Origin: an uncultured Enterobacteriaceae bacterium
GTDB lineage: Bacteria; Pseudomonadota; Gammaproteobacteria; Burkholderiales; SG8-39
NCBI GenBank assembly: GCA_964565875.1
Contig: CAZMGP010000022.1
Coordinates: 1,648-65,647 of the forward strand
Length of the DNA: 64,000 nucleotides
Direction: 5' to 3'
The notes beneath the pieces are model-generated. The model searched no databases. It saw only the letters and a list, made by a program, of their open reading frames with translations, and had not been told where the DNA came from. The position numbers and the translations under genes were made by a program. This document shows positions 1 to 9,113 of this stretch, piece by piece (position 1 is the stretch's first letter; each line of letters starts with the position of its first letter).

Positions 1-99
1 TACGTCTTGACCCGCGCGGGCGAGCATGCCGCCGAAGTAGCAGCCGACTGCACCGGCTCCCATCACGGCGATCTTCCTCGCTAGTGCGGTCTCGGACAT
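1..99 (-). CDS. panE: 2-dehydropantoate 2-reductase (ketopantoate reductase), N-terminal fragment; the gene runs off the window start
   Basis: The reverse complement of 1..99 starts with ATG (97-99) and reads MSETALARKIAVMGAGAVGCYFGGMLARAGQDV. This is the GxGxxG Rossmann N-terminus typical of ApbA/PanE reductases. Confidence 0.55.
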   Translation of the reverse strand, partial: MSETALARKIAVMGAGAVGCYFGGMLARAGQDV

Positions 100-474
100 T
101 GCATACTCTCCTGGCCGAATTGGGGCGCTACCGTAGCACTACCTTCGCGGCGACGAACGCCAAGCGGCCGCGTTCGGCACAGCGGGGTGATGTGGGGGTT
201 TCATGATAATTGTCAATATCCGCGCGTCGTAGTAGGAGATCATGAAGCCACGTTCAAAGTGTTAAATCTCCTCCTCCTCCTCTTTGAACGTTTTGGCCCA
301 AGACAGCAATGTCCTGGGCCATTTCTTTTGCGGCCGCCGGCCAGACCGGGCGCGGCATCGACAAGCGAAAGTAGCACGGCACGCAAGCCGCTACAATGAT
401 GCGCGCAGGTCGTCGCCTGCCGAGCGGGCGATCGTCGCCCAGTTTGCCGCATTCGCCTCCGACAAAGGAAACCG

Positions 475-1626
475 ATGAGCTCACCGCTGCTTTTTTCGTC
501 CCTTCAGCTACGCAGTCTCACGCTGAAGAACCGCATCGTCGTCGCGCCCATGCACCAGTATTCGGGGGTAAAGGGCTTTCCGACCGACTGGCATTTGATG
601 AACGCGGGACGCTATGCGGCGGGCGGAGCGGGGCTGGTAATACTCGAATCGACCAAGATCGAACGCCGCGGCTGCGGTACCGTCGGCGATCTGGGTCTGT
701 GGGACGACGCATTCGTTCCGCATCTTGCGCGCATCGTCGATCTGCTGCATCAGTGCGGTGCCGCGGCCGGGGTCCAACTGGGCCATTCCGGGCGCAAGGC
801 GCGCATCCAGCGGCCCTGGGAAGGCGGGCGGCCGCTCCAACGCAACGCCGACATCCCCGACTGGGACGAATGGGAACTCGTGGCGCCGAGCGCTCTGCCC
901 GCGGACGAGGCTTCGCCTTTGCCGCGCGCGCTCAGCCGCGAGGAGATACGCGGCGTCGCCGATGCCTGGGGCCGCGCCGCGGCGCGCGCCCATGCGGCGG
1001 GCTTCGATGTGGTGGAGATCCACGGTGCCCACGGCTTCCTGCTGCACGAATTCCTTTCCCCCGTGGCCAACCAGCGCAGCGACGAATACGGCGGATCGGA
1101 GGCCAAGCGCATGCGCTTCGCGCTCGAAGTGTGCGAATGCGTGCGTGCGAACTGGCCCGAAGAGAAGCCCTTGTTCCTGCGCCTGTCCGCGGAGGACGAC
1201 GCAGGCTGGGGCGTGGCGCAGAGCGCGGCACTGGCGAAACTCGTGAAGGCGAAGGGCGTAGATGTCATCGACTGCAGCTCGGGCGGCATCCTGGGCAAGC
1301 CGCCTGCGGGAGCGGCGAAGCCGGCCTACGGCTACCAGGTGCCCTATGCGCAGAGGATCCGCACCGAAGCGGGGATCATGACCATGGCGGTGGGCTTGAT
1401 CGTGCACGCGCAACAGGCCGAAGACATCCTGCGCGAGGGCAAGGCGGACCTGATCGCGCTCGCGCGCGAGATGCTCTACAACCCGAACTGGGCCGCGGAC
1501 GCGGCGCAGAAGCTGGGATTCGATCCGAAATTCACCTTGCTGCCGCCGCCCTATCAGTATTGGCTCGCGCGGCGCGCGCTCACCGTGCCGGAAGTGAAGC
1601 CTTCCACCTTCGGCACAGGAGCCTGA
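475..1626 (+). CDS. NADH:flavin oxidoreductase, Old Yellow Enzyme family
   Basis: 383-aa ORF. OYE-type motifs are present: LTLKNRIVVAPMHQYS, LGHSGRKA, EIHGAHGFLLHEFLSP. An AAGGAA RBS lies 4 nt before the ATG. Confidence 0.9.
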   Translation: MSSPLLFSSLQLRSLTLKNRIVVAPMHQYSGVKGFPTDWHLMNAGRYAAGGAGLVILESTKIERRGCGTVGDLGLWDDAFVPHLARIVDLLHQCGAAAGVQLGHSGRKARIQRPWEGGRPLQRNADIPDWDEWELVAPSALPADEASPLPRALSREEIRGVADAWGRAAARAHAAGFDVVEIHGAHGFLLHEFLSPVANQRSDEYGGSEAKRMRFALEVCECVRANWPEEKPLFLRLSAEDDAGWGVAQSAALAKLVKAKGVDVIDCSSGGILGKPPAGAAKPAYGYQVPYAQRIRTEAGIMTMAVGLIVHAQQAEDILREGKADLIALAREMLYNPNWAADAAQKLGFDPKFTLLPPPYQYWLARRALTVPEVKPSTFGTGA

Positions 1627-1632
1627 AACAAA

Positions 1633-2160
1633 CTAGACGAGGCCGAGCATACCGGCCGCTGCGCCAAGAACGATCAGCCACACCGGATTGAGCTTGGTGC
1701 GCAGCATCAGCGCGACGGTCAGCAGCGTGATCAGCGCGCCTTTCCAGTCGTGATCGGCCGAGCGCGCGAGAATCCAGCCCGAAGAGAGCGTCAAGCCGAT
1801 CGCGATCGGCCCGAGTCCCGCGCGGATCGCGCGGGCGAGCGGCGCATTCGGGTTGCGCGCGTTCAGGCGCGTGACCACGAGCGTCAGCAGGATGGGAGGC
1901 GAGACGATCGCGAGCGTAGCGGCGACGGCTCCGGGCCAGCCGGCGAGCTGCCAGCCGACGAGGGTCACGAACATCATGTTCGGTCCCGGCGCCGCCTGGC
2001 CCAGCGCATAGGCGTCGGCGAACTGCTTGGCGCTCATCCAATGATTGACTTCGACCACGTAGCGCTGCATGTCGGGAAGGATGGCGCTGACGCCCCCTAT
2101 CGCCATCAGCGACAGCAGCGCGAAGTGAAGGACCAGACCGGAAAGATCGACGCGGTCCAT
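1633..2160 (-). CDS. Chromate transporter, short-chain CHR family, second half-size subunit
   Basis: Start chosen at MDRVDLSG (ATG 2158-2160) inside the longer ORF 1633..2616. The product is hydrophobic with CHR motifs IGGVSAILPDMQRYVV and AYALGQAAPGPNMMFVTLVGW. Its start and the upstream partner's stop overlap as TGATG. Confidence 0.85.
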   Translation of the reverse strand: MDRVDLSGLVLHFALLSLMAIGGVSAILPDMQRYVVEVNHWMSAKQFADAYALGQAAPGPNMMFVTLVGWQLAGWPGAVAATLAIVSPPILLTLVVTRLNARNPNAPLARAIRAGLGPIAIGLTLSSGWILARSADHDWKGALITLLTVALMLRTKLNPVWLIVLGAAAGMLGLV

Positions 2161-2732
2161 CAGGCGTCTTTCCCCCAAGCAGCGACGATGGCGAAGGGGG
2201 CGAGCGCGCCCACCACCGCGAGCAGCGGCCAGCGCAGCGCACCGACGCCCGCCAGCGCGAGCGCGGTGAACAGCAGCGGCCGCCAATGGCGATTGAGGCT
2301 GCGCAGCATCTTCAGCCCGGTGGCAATCACCAAGCCCGCCGCCACCGCCGACATGCCCTCGAGTGCTTGCTGTATCAGCGGCAGCGTGCCGTAGCGGCTG
2401 TAGAGCAATCCGGCGCAGATCATGAGCAGGAAAGGACCGGTCACCAGGCCGGCGAATGCAGCCGCAGCGCCGGCGTGGCCGGCGAAGCGATAGCCGATCA
2501 TCACCGCCATGTTGCCGATGTTTGGCCCAGGCAGGAGCTGCCCGAGCGCGAGTGTCTCGACGAATTCGCGTTGCGTGAGCCAGCCCTTGCGCTCGACCAG
2601 GGTGCGGTGCGCCCAAGGCAATACGCCGCCGAATCCGGACAGCGCGAGCTGGGAAAACGCAAGAAAGAGTTCCAGCGGCCGAACGCGGCGCGATTCGCTC
2701 GCGCCGGCGTCGGGTTCGACGGGAAGTGACAT
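2160..2732 (-). CDS. Chromate transporter, short-chain CHR family, first half-size subunit
   Basis: Start chosen at MSLPVEP (ATG 2730-2732). CHR motifs are present: LSGFGGVLPWAHRTLVERKGWLT and TLALGQLLPGPNIGNMAVMIGY. It is translationally coupled to 1633..2160. Confidence 0.85.
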   Translation of the reverse strand: MSLPVEPDAGASESRRVRPLELFLAFSQLALSGFGGVLPWAHRTLVERKGWLTQREFVETLALGQLLPGPNIGNMAVMIGYRFAGHAGAAAAFAGLVTGPFLLMICAGLLYSRYGTLPLIQQALEGMSAVAAGLVIATGLKMLRSLNRHWRPLLFTALALAGVGALRWPLLAVVGALAPFAIVAAWGKDA

Positions 2733-2924
2733 GTGGTTTCCGTGGCGACTGAGGGGCGAGCGCATTATCGCAGCCGCCGCCGCTCGCGCCAACACGAATC
2801 GATCGCTAGTGAGCGCTCGGGTTCGGCATTCGTTCAATGAATTTCTCGACGCACGCGACCATGGCAGGCAGGCGGCGAGCGACGCGGGCATAATGGGCAT
2901 TCCTACCGGTATGCCAAGACAAGA

Positions 2925-4541
2925 ATGAATTCGCCCAAGACCCGCGTAGACCCCCAAGCCGAGGCGTTTCTCCAGCAGCGCACCGACATGCTCGAACTCG
3001 TCGAGCGTTTGCGTGCGCTGGAGCGCCGTGCGGCCGACGCTTCGGCCGCAGCCAAACCCGCGTTCGACAAGCGCGGCGCGCTGCTGCCGCGCGAGCGGCT
3101 CGCGCGCCTGCTCGATCCGGGTGCGCCCTTCCTGGAACTCGCCAGCCTCGCCGGCTACTGCACCGACGATCCCGATCCGCAGTCGAGCATCCCCGGCGCA
3201 GCGGTGCTCGCCGGTATAGGCGTCGTTGCCGGCGCGCGCTGCATGGTAGTGGCAAACGACTCCGGCATCGGCGCCGGTGCGCTCTCCGCGCTCGGCGGGC
3301 GCAAGGTGATGCGCTGCCAGGAAATCGCGCTCGAGAACAAGCTACCCTTCGTGCAGCTGGTCGAATCGGGCGGGGCGAACCTGCTCACTTACCGCGTCGA
3401 GCGCTTCATCGCAGGCGGCGGCCTGTTCTACAACCTGGCGCGGCTGTCCGCCGCCGGCTTGCCGGTGATCGCCGTGGTGCACGGCTCTTCCACCGCGGGC
3501 GGCGCCTATCTACCGGGACTGTCCGACTACGTGATCATGGTGCGCGGCCGCGCCAAGGCGTTTCTCGCCGGGCCGCCGCTCCTGAAAGCCGCCACCGGCG
3601 AAATCGCCACCGACGAGGATCTAGGCGGCGCCGACATGCATGCGCGTACCTCGGGCCTTGCCGAGTTCGTCGCCGAAGACGACGCCGCTGCCATCGGCAT
3701 TGCGCGCGAACTCATCGCGCAGATCAAGTGGCAACGCGTTACGGCGAATGGCACGGAGAAGCGGCCGCCCAAGCTAGACGCCGATGAGATCGCCGGCTTG
3801 ATGCCCATGTCGCTACGCAAGCTCGTCGACATGCGCGAAGTGATCTGGCGCATCGTCGACGCATCGGAATTCCTCGAGTTCAAGCCGCTCTACGGCAAGT
3901 TCACGGTGTGCGGCCATGCGGCGATCGCCGGCCACAAGATCGGCATCGTCACCAACAATGGCCCGCTCGATCCGAACGGAGCGACCAAGGCGACGCAATT
4001 CATCCAGCTCTGCTGCCAGACGCAGACGCCGCTCGTCTACCTGCAGAATACGACCGGCTACATCGTCGGCACCAAGTCCGAGGCGGCGGGCATGATCAAG
4101 CACGGCTCGAAAATGATCCAGGCCGTGTCCAATGCCAGCGTGCCGCAGATCACCGTCATGTGCGGCGCATCCTTCGGCGCCGGCAATTACGGCATGTGCG
4201 GCCGCGCTTTCAATCCGCGCTTCGTTTTTTCCTGGCCCAACGCCAAGACCGCGGTCATGGGTCCGGAGCAGGCGGCGATGACCATGGCCATCGTCGCCGA
4301 GGGAACGGCAGCGCGCAAGGGCAAGCCCGTCGATGCGGAGGCGCTCGCAAAGCTCAAGCGCGACATCGTCGAAAATTTCGAAAGTCAGATGGGCGCATTC
4401 ACCACCAGCGGGCTCCTGCTCGATGACGGCGTGATCGATCCGCGCGACACCCGCCGGGTGCTCGCCTGCGCCCTGGACGTCTGCGAAGAAGCGGAAGCGC
4501 GGCGGCTGCGAGCCATCCAATTCGGCGTGGCGCGGCCTTGA
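2925..4541 (+). CDS. Acyl-CoA carboxylase carboxyltransferase (beta) subunit, methylcrotonyl-/geranyl-CoA carboxylase type (AtuC/LiuB-like)
   Basis: 538 aa with two carboxyltransferase half-domains. Motifs: VESGGANL, HGSSTAGGAYLPGLSDYVIMV, NYGMCGRAFNPRFVFSWPNAKTAVMGPEQAA. Confidence 0.9.
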   Translation: MNSPKTRVDPQAEAFLQQRTDMLELVERLRALERRAADASAAAKPAFDKRGALLPRERLARLLDPGAPFLELASLAGYCTDDPDPQSSIPGAAVLAGIGVVAGARCMVVANDSGIGAGALSALGGRKVMRCQEIALENKLPFVQLVESGGANLLTYRVERFIAGGGLFYNLARLSAAGLPVIAVVHGSSTAGGAYLPGLSDYVIMVRGRAKAFLAGPPLLKAATGEIATDEDLGGADMHARTSGLAEFVAEDDAAAIGIARELIAQIKWQRVTANGTEKRPPKLDADEIAGLMPMSLRKLVDMREVIWRIVDASEFLEFKPLYGKFTVCGHAAIAGHKIGIVTNNGPLDPNGATKATQFIQLCCQTQTPLVYLQNTTGYIVGTKSEAAGMIKHGSKMIQAVSNASVPQITVMCGASFGAGNYGMCGRAFNPRFVFSWPNAKTAVMGPEQAAMTMAIVAEGTAARKGKPVDAEALAKLKRDIVENFESQMGAFTTSGLLLDDGVIDPRDTRRVLACALDVCEEAEARRLRAIQFGVARP

Positions 4542-4568
4542 CCGGGTGCGATTAGCGAGGAGACGGAA

Positions 4569-5720
4569 ATGGTGTTCACCCACGAGCACGAAGAGCTGCA
4601 GCGGCAGCTGAAGAAGTTTATCGACGCGGAAATCAATCCGCATGTGGATGAATGGGAAGAAGCCGAAATCTTTCCCGCACACGAAGTGTTCAAGAAGATG
4701 GGCCGGCTCGGCTTTCTCGGCGTGTGCAAGCCCGTGGAATACGGCGGCCAGGCGCTCGATTACTCCTATTCGGTGGCGATGGCGGAGGCGCTCGGGCACA
4801 TCCGCTGCGGCGGCATTCCCATGGCGATCGGCGTGCAGACCGACATGGCGACGCCGGCGCTGGCGCGCTTCGGCTCGGACGAGCTGCGGCGCGAATTCCT
4901 CGCACCCTCGATCGCCGGAGACTACGTCGCCTGCCTGGGCGTGTCGGAAGTCGGCGCCGGTTCGGACGTCGCCTCGATCAAGACCACGGCGCGGAAGGAC
5001 GGCGACGACTACGTCATCAACGGCGGCAAGATGTGGACCACCAACGGCACGCAGGCCGATTGGATGTGCCTGCTCGCGAACACCGGCCAGGGCGCGCCGC
5101 ACAAGAACAAGTCGCTCATCTGCGTGCCGATGAAGACGAAGGGCGTGAGCGTCGCGCGCAAACTGAAGAAGCTCGGCATGTGGTCCTCCGACACGGCGCA
5201 GATCTTCTTCGACGAAGTGCGCGTGCCGCAGCGCTACCGCGTCGGCGAGGAGGGCATGGGCTTCACTTACCAGATGCTGCAGTTTCAGGAGGAGCGGCTA
5301 TGGGCCGCCGCGCGCAGCATTTCCGTCGGCCGGCTGATCGACGAGACCGCGGCTTACGCGCGCGAGCGCATGGCGTTCGGCAAATCGATCCTGGACAACC
5401 AGTACGTGCATTTCCGCCTGGCCGAATTGAAGACCGAAGTCGAATGCCTGCGGGCTCTGGTGCATCGCGCGACCGAACTCTACGTCGCAGGGCAGGACGT
5501 CACCGAACTCGCTTCGATGGCGAAATTGAAGGCAGGGCGCCTAGCGCGCGAGGTGCCCGATGCCTGCCTGCAGTTCTGGGGCGGCATGGGCTTCATGTGG
5601 GAGAGCTCCGTCTCGCGCGCCTACCGCGATGCACGCCTGACTTCGATCGGCGGCGGCGCGGACGAGGTCATGCTCGGCATCATTTCCAAGTACATGGGCA
5701 TCCTGCCGCGCAAGGATTAG
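4569..5720 (+). CDS. Acyl-CoA dehydrogenase (AtuD/isovaleryl-CoA dehydrogenase-like)
   Basis: 383 aa. Motifs: GVSEVGAGSDVASIKTTARKDGDDYVINGGKMWTTNG and a C-terminal IGGGADEVMLGIISKYMG. A GAGGAG RBS is present. Confidence 0.92.
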   Translation: MVFTHEHEELQRQLKKFIDAEINPHVDEWEEAEIFPAHEVFKKMGRLGFLGVCKPVEYGGQALDYSYSVAMAEALGHIRCGGIPMAIGVQTDMATPALARFGSDELRREFLAPSIAGDYVACLGVSEVGAGSDVASIKTTARKDGDDYVINGGKMWTTNGTQADWMCLLANTGQGAPHKNKSLICVPMKTKGVSVARKLKKLGMWSSDTAQIFFDEVRVPQRYRVGEEGMGFTYQMLQFQEERLWAAARSISVGRLIDETAAYARERMAFGKSILDNQYVHFRLAELKTEVECLRALVHRATELYVAGQDVTELASMAKLKAGRLAREVPDACLQFWGGMGFMWESSVSRAYRDARLTSIGGGADEVMLGIISKYMGILPRKD

Positions 5721-5722
5721 TC

Positions 5723-6538
5723 ATGGCGAAATTGCGTAGCGAGCGCGCAGATGCCTTCCTCTTCCTCACCCTGGACGACGCGCCGACGAAGAACGCCCTC
5801 AGTCCGGAAATGGTGGAGGAGCTGAAGCTCGCCTTCGCCTTCGCTGCGGACGACCCGCAGCTGCGCGCGGTGGTGCTGCGCGGCGCGGGCGGGACCTTCT
5901 GCGCTGGCGGCAGCGTCGGCAATTTCCAGGAGCGCCTGCGCGCCGCGCCGCCTGAAGGCGAGGCCGATCCGATCGCCGCGCACAACCGCCAGTTCGGCGA
6001 TTTTCTGCTCGCGCTCACACGTCTGCCCAAGGTGCTGATCGCGGTGGTGGAGGGGGCGGCGATGGGCGGCGGCTTCGGGCTCGCCTGCGTCGCCGACATC
6101 GTGCTCGCGCGCCGCGACGCGAAATTCGCCTTAAGCGAAACGACGCTGGGCCTGGTGCCGGCGCAGATCGCGCCCTTCGTCGTGGCGCGCATCGGCCAGG
6201 CCGAAGCGCGGCGGCTGGCGCTCTCCGGCGAACGCATCGACGGGCAGGAGGCGCTACGCATCGGGCTCGCGAACCACGTCGCAGAAGACGCGAGCGCCCT
6301 GGAAGCAAGGCTGCTAGCCGTTCTCCAGGGGGTAGGCCGCTGCGCGCCGGGGGCGAACGCGGCGACCAAGGCGCTCATCGCACAATGCGCCGAGATCGCG
6401 TTCGCGCCGATTCTCGACGGGGCGGCACAGGAATTCGCCAGGCAACTGCGCGGCGAGGGCGCGGCCGGCGTGGCGGCCTTTCGCGACAAGCGCGATGCGC
6501 CCTGGGTGGAGAAGCTGGCAAAGCTCCCCGGAGACTAG
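5723..6538 (+). CDS. Enoyl-CoA hydratase/isomerase (crotonase fold; AtuE-like)
   Basis: Start at MAKLRSE (ATG 5723), 2 nt after the upstream stop. Crotonase motifs: LRGAGGTFCAGG and VEGAAMGGGFGLACVADIVLA. The first 357 codons of ORF 4652..6538 are out-of-frame overlap and were rejected. Confidence 0.9.
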   Translation: MAKLRSERADAFLFLTLDDAPTKNALSPEMVEELKLAFAFAADDPQLRAVVLRGAGGTFCAGGSVGNFQERLRAAPPEGEADPIAAHNRQFGDFLLALTRLPKVLIAVVEGAAMGGGFGLACVADIVLARRDAKFALSETTLGLVPAQIAPFVVARIGQAEARRLALSGERIDGQEALRIGLANHVAEDASALEARLLAVLQGVGRCAPGANAATKALIAQCAEIAFAPILDGAAQEFARQLRGEGAAGVAAFRDKRDAPWVEKLAKLPGD

Positions 6539-6540
6539 CC

Positions 6541-8334
6541 ATGAGCGAAAAGATCGTACGCATCGGCGGTGCCTCGGGCTTCTGGGGCGACAGCTCGGTC
6601 GCCGCGCCGCAGCTCGTGCGCCGCGGAAAGATCGACTATCTGGTGTTCGACTATCTAGCCGAACTCACCATGTCGATCCTCGCCAGCGCGCGCGCCAAGG
6701 CGCCCGAGGCGGGCTACGCCACCGACTTCGTCGATGTGGCGATGAAAAGCGTGCTGCGCGAGCTCGCGGACAAGCGCATCAAAGTCGTGAGCAATGCGGG
6801 CGGCGTGAATCCCGCCGCTTGCGCGCAGGCGCTCGGCAAGCTCGCGCAAGAGGCGGGCGTCAATTTGAGAATCGCCATCGTCGAAGGAGACGAGCTTACG
6901 TCGCGCATGGCGGAGCTGCGCGCAGCCGGCGTGCGCGAAATGTATTCCGGCGTCGCACTGCCGCAGAAGATCCTCTCGGCGAACGCCTATTTCGGCGCCA
7001 TCCCCATCGCGCGGGCGCTCGATGCCGGCGCAGACATCGTCATCACCGGGCGCTGCGTCGACAGCGCCATCGCCCTCGGGCCGCTGCTGCACGAGTTCGG
7101 CTGGCGCGAGGACGACTACGACAGGCTCGCTGCGGGCAGCCTCGCCGGGCACATCATCGAATGCGGTTGCCAGGCGACGGGGGGGCTCTTCACCGACTGG
7201 GAGTCGGTGCCGCGCTGGGAGGACATCGGCTATCCCATTCTCGAATGCCAGGCGGACGGCAGCTTCGTCGTCGGCAAGGCGCCAGGCACCGGCGGATTGG
7301 TGAACCGCGCCGTCGTTGCCGAGCAGCTGCTCTACGAAATGGGCGACCCGGCCGCCTATGTTCTGCCCGACGTGGTGTGCGATTTCAGCGGCGTGCGCAT
7401 GGAGGAGATCGGACCGGACCGGGTAAAGGTGAGCGGGGCGCGCGGCGCGCCGCCTACGCCGACTTACAAGGTGTGCGCGACCTACCCCGACGGCTACCGC
7501 TGCACCGCCGTGCTCAATATCATCGGCATCGACGCGGCGAAGAAGGCGCAGCGCACGGCGGAGGCGATCCTCGGCCGCACGCGGGGGATCTTCGGCGAAC
7601 TCGGTCTCGCCGATTATGCAGCCACGCGCATCGAGGTCCTGGGGGCGGAGGCGACTTACGGCCCGCATGCGCGCACCGGGCATACGCGCGAAGCGGTGAT
7701 GCGGCTCGCGGTGGCGCATGCCGATCGGCGCGCGCTTGAAATCTTTTCCCGTGAAATTGCGCCGGCGGGCACTTCCTGGTCACCGGGCACCACCGGCATG
7801 GGCGGCGGCAGGCCCAAGGTGACGCCGGCGGTGAAGCCTTGCTTCTTCCTGCTGGAGAAGTCAGCGGTGCGGCCGAGCATCGTGTTCGATGGCGTACGCA
7901 GCGAGCCGGCGATTCCCGTGGGCGTCGCGCGCGCCGCGCCCGCCGCTTCGCCCGCACAGACCGCAACCTTCGAGCCCGAAGGAGCGAAGCAGATGGTGCC
8001 GCTTGCGCGGCTCGCCTGGGGCAGAAGCGGCGACAAGGGCGACACTGCAAACATCGGCATCATCGCCCGCCGGCCGGAGTTCCTACCGCTATTACGCGCG
8101 CAGCTCACGCCAGATGCGGTGAAGTCCCATCTCTCGCATCTCGTCGCAGGCAGGGTCGAGCGCTACGAAGTGCCGGGGATAGGCGCGCTCAATTTCCTGC
8201 TCTACGAGGCGCTGGGCGGAGGCGGCATGGCGTCGCTGCGGGTCGATCCGCTGGCGAAGGGCATGGCGCAGATGCTGCTCGACTTTCCCGTCGCCGTGCC
8301 GCAGGAGTGGCGCGAGCGCTACGCCTGGACGTGA
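6541..8334 (+). CDS. atuA: AtuA-family acyclic terpene utilisation protein (DUF1446 with a fused C-terminal DUF4387-like domain)
   Basis: Start at MSEKIVRIGGASGFWGDS (ATG 6541), 2 nt after the hydratase stop. The N-terminus is characteristic of AtuA/DUF1446. The C-terminal WGRSGDKGDTANIGIIAR segment matches the small domain that is a separate gene in some genomes. Confidence 0.85.
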   Translation: MSEKIVRIGGASGFWGDSSVAAPQLVRRGKIDYLVFDYLAELTMSILASARAKAPEAGYATDFVDVAMKSVLRELADKRIKVVSNAGGVNPAACAQALGKLAQEAGVNLRIAIVEGDELTSRMAELRAAGVREMYSGVALPQKILSANAYFGAIPIARALDAGADIVITGRCVDSAIALGPLLHEFGWREDDYDRLAAGSLAGHIIECGCQATGGLFTDWESVPRWEDIGYPILECQADGSFVVGKAPGTGGLVNRAVVAEQLLYEMGDPAAYVLPDVVCDFSGVRMEEIGPDRVKVSGARGAPPTPTYKVCATYPDGYRCTAVLNIIGIDAAKKAQRTAEAILGRTRGIFGELGLADYAATRIEVLGAEATYGPHARTGHTREAVMRLAVAHADRRALEIFSREIAPAGTSWSPGTTGMGGGRPKVTPAVKPCFFLLEKSAVRPSIVFDGVRSEPAIPVGVARAAPAASPAQTATFEPEGAKQMVPLARLAWGRSGDKGDTANIGIIARRPEFLPLLRAQLTPDAVKSHLSHLVAGRVERYEVPGIGALNFLLYEALGGGGMASLRVDPLAKGMAQMLLDFPVAVPQEWRERYAWT

Positions 8335-8366
8335 CTCGGCCGCGGCGCCGCGGAGCCCGCAAGGAA

Positions 8367-9041
8367 TCAATCGAGCAGATCGCTGTAGTCTTTGCGCAAG
8401 TAGTCTTTGGGTACGCGCAACCAGGGCATGTGTTCGGCGCCGGGGAAGCGCTGCACCTCGACGGTGATCCGGTTGCGCACCGCGCCTTCCGTGCTGCGGG
8501 ACTCGATTCTGAGCGGCAGCGCCAGGGGCTCCGACCAAAGGATCTTGGAAAGCGCCTGGCCGGATTCCTTTTCGTACCAGACGGCCCCATCGCGCGCCGC
8601 GCCGACTTTGCGCATGGATTGGATCAAGCTCGGTTTGATGATGTGGTAGGCGCTCTCCCATCGCCCGTCGAACCCCACCGCGGGCATGTCGTCGGCGCGC
8701 AAGGCGACGATCGTCTTCGACTGCGGGACCACGAACACGAGGTCGGCGCGTTCGCCGCTTGCCTTGGTGATGTGCTTGGCCGCGGTTTCGAGAACTTTGC
8801 GCTCTTGGCCGTGCTGGTCGCCGGCGCTCGCCGGCGCCGGCGCAATGGCGGGCACGATGCGCTCGATCCAGACATGCTCGCCCGAGCGGAAAAAGCGCTC
8901 CTTGTAGCGGCTCGTCTTCCATACGCCGTCCGCGCCGAGGCGCTCCGATTCGTACGAGACCACCGCGACCACGCCGTCGATATCCGCCGCCTGAACGCCC
9001 ATTGCCGCAAACGCGAGCAGCATTGCATAGATGAATTTCAT
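8367..9041 (-). CDS. Secreted hypothetical protein (Sec signal peptide, no recognised domain)
   Basis: 224-aa ORF with signal peptide MKFIYAMLLAFAAMGVQA-AD. Amino-acid composition looks coding, unlike the overlapping shadow ORFs. I recognise no motif. Confidence 0.7.
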   Translation of the reverse strand: MKFIYAMLLAFAAMGVQAADIDGVVAVVSYESERLGADGVWKTSRYKERFFRSGEHVWIERIVPAIAPAPASAGDQHGQERKVLETAAKHITKASGERADLVFVVPQSKTIVALRADDMPAVGFDGRWESAYHIIKPSLIQSMRKVGAARDGAVWYEKESGQALSKILWSEPLALPLRIESRSTEGAVRNRITVEVQRFPGAEHMPWLRVPKDYLRKDYSDLLD

Positions 9042-9064
9042 TGATTGCCTGTCGAGAAAATGGA

Positions 9065-9091
9065 AACGGCACCCGCGTGACGGGTGCCGTT
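9065..9091 (-). terminator. Rho-independent terminator after the alkaline phosphatase pair
   Basis: Perfect 11-bp stem AACGGCACCCG / CGGGTGCCGTT with a 5-nt loop. On the minus strand it is followed by TTTCCATTTTCT and sits 23 nt past the phoA stop. Confidence 0.8.
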
Positions 9092-9113
9092 AGGTGGAGG
9101 ACTGAATGGGAGC

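Noticed and set aside
267-283. The (CTC)5 microsatellite as a phase-variation switch.
   Set aside because: It is intergenic, only five units long and not within a promoter spacer or coding frame that I can identify. It is kept only as part of a low-interest hairpin observation.
187-484. Small ORFs of 64-76 aa in the panE-OYE intergenic region.
   Set aside because: They overlap one another in several frames, lack an RBS, and have biased or low-complexity translations.
396-1691. A 431-aa ORF overlapping the OYE gene. Many similar long ORFs occur elsewhere, for example 3813..5102, 6655..7719, 8092..9072, 16941..18752, 22235..23479, 23520..25022, 32564..34747, 43562..44896, 53695..55575, 59961..61634 and 61680..62810.
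   Set aside because: These are alternate-frame or antisense shadow ORFs, typical of GC-rich DNA. Their translations are Arg/Pro/Ala/Gly-rich with no motifs. Each overlaps a gene whose product carries clear family signatures.
4652-5722. An N-terminal 357-codon extension of the enoyl-CoA hydratase ORF (4652..6538).
   Set aside because: It lies out of frame over the acyl-CoA dehydrogenase gene. The crotonase homology begins only at the ATG at 5723.
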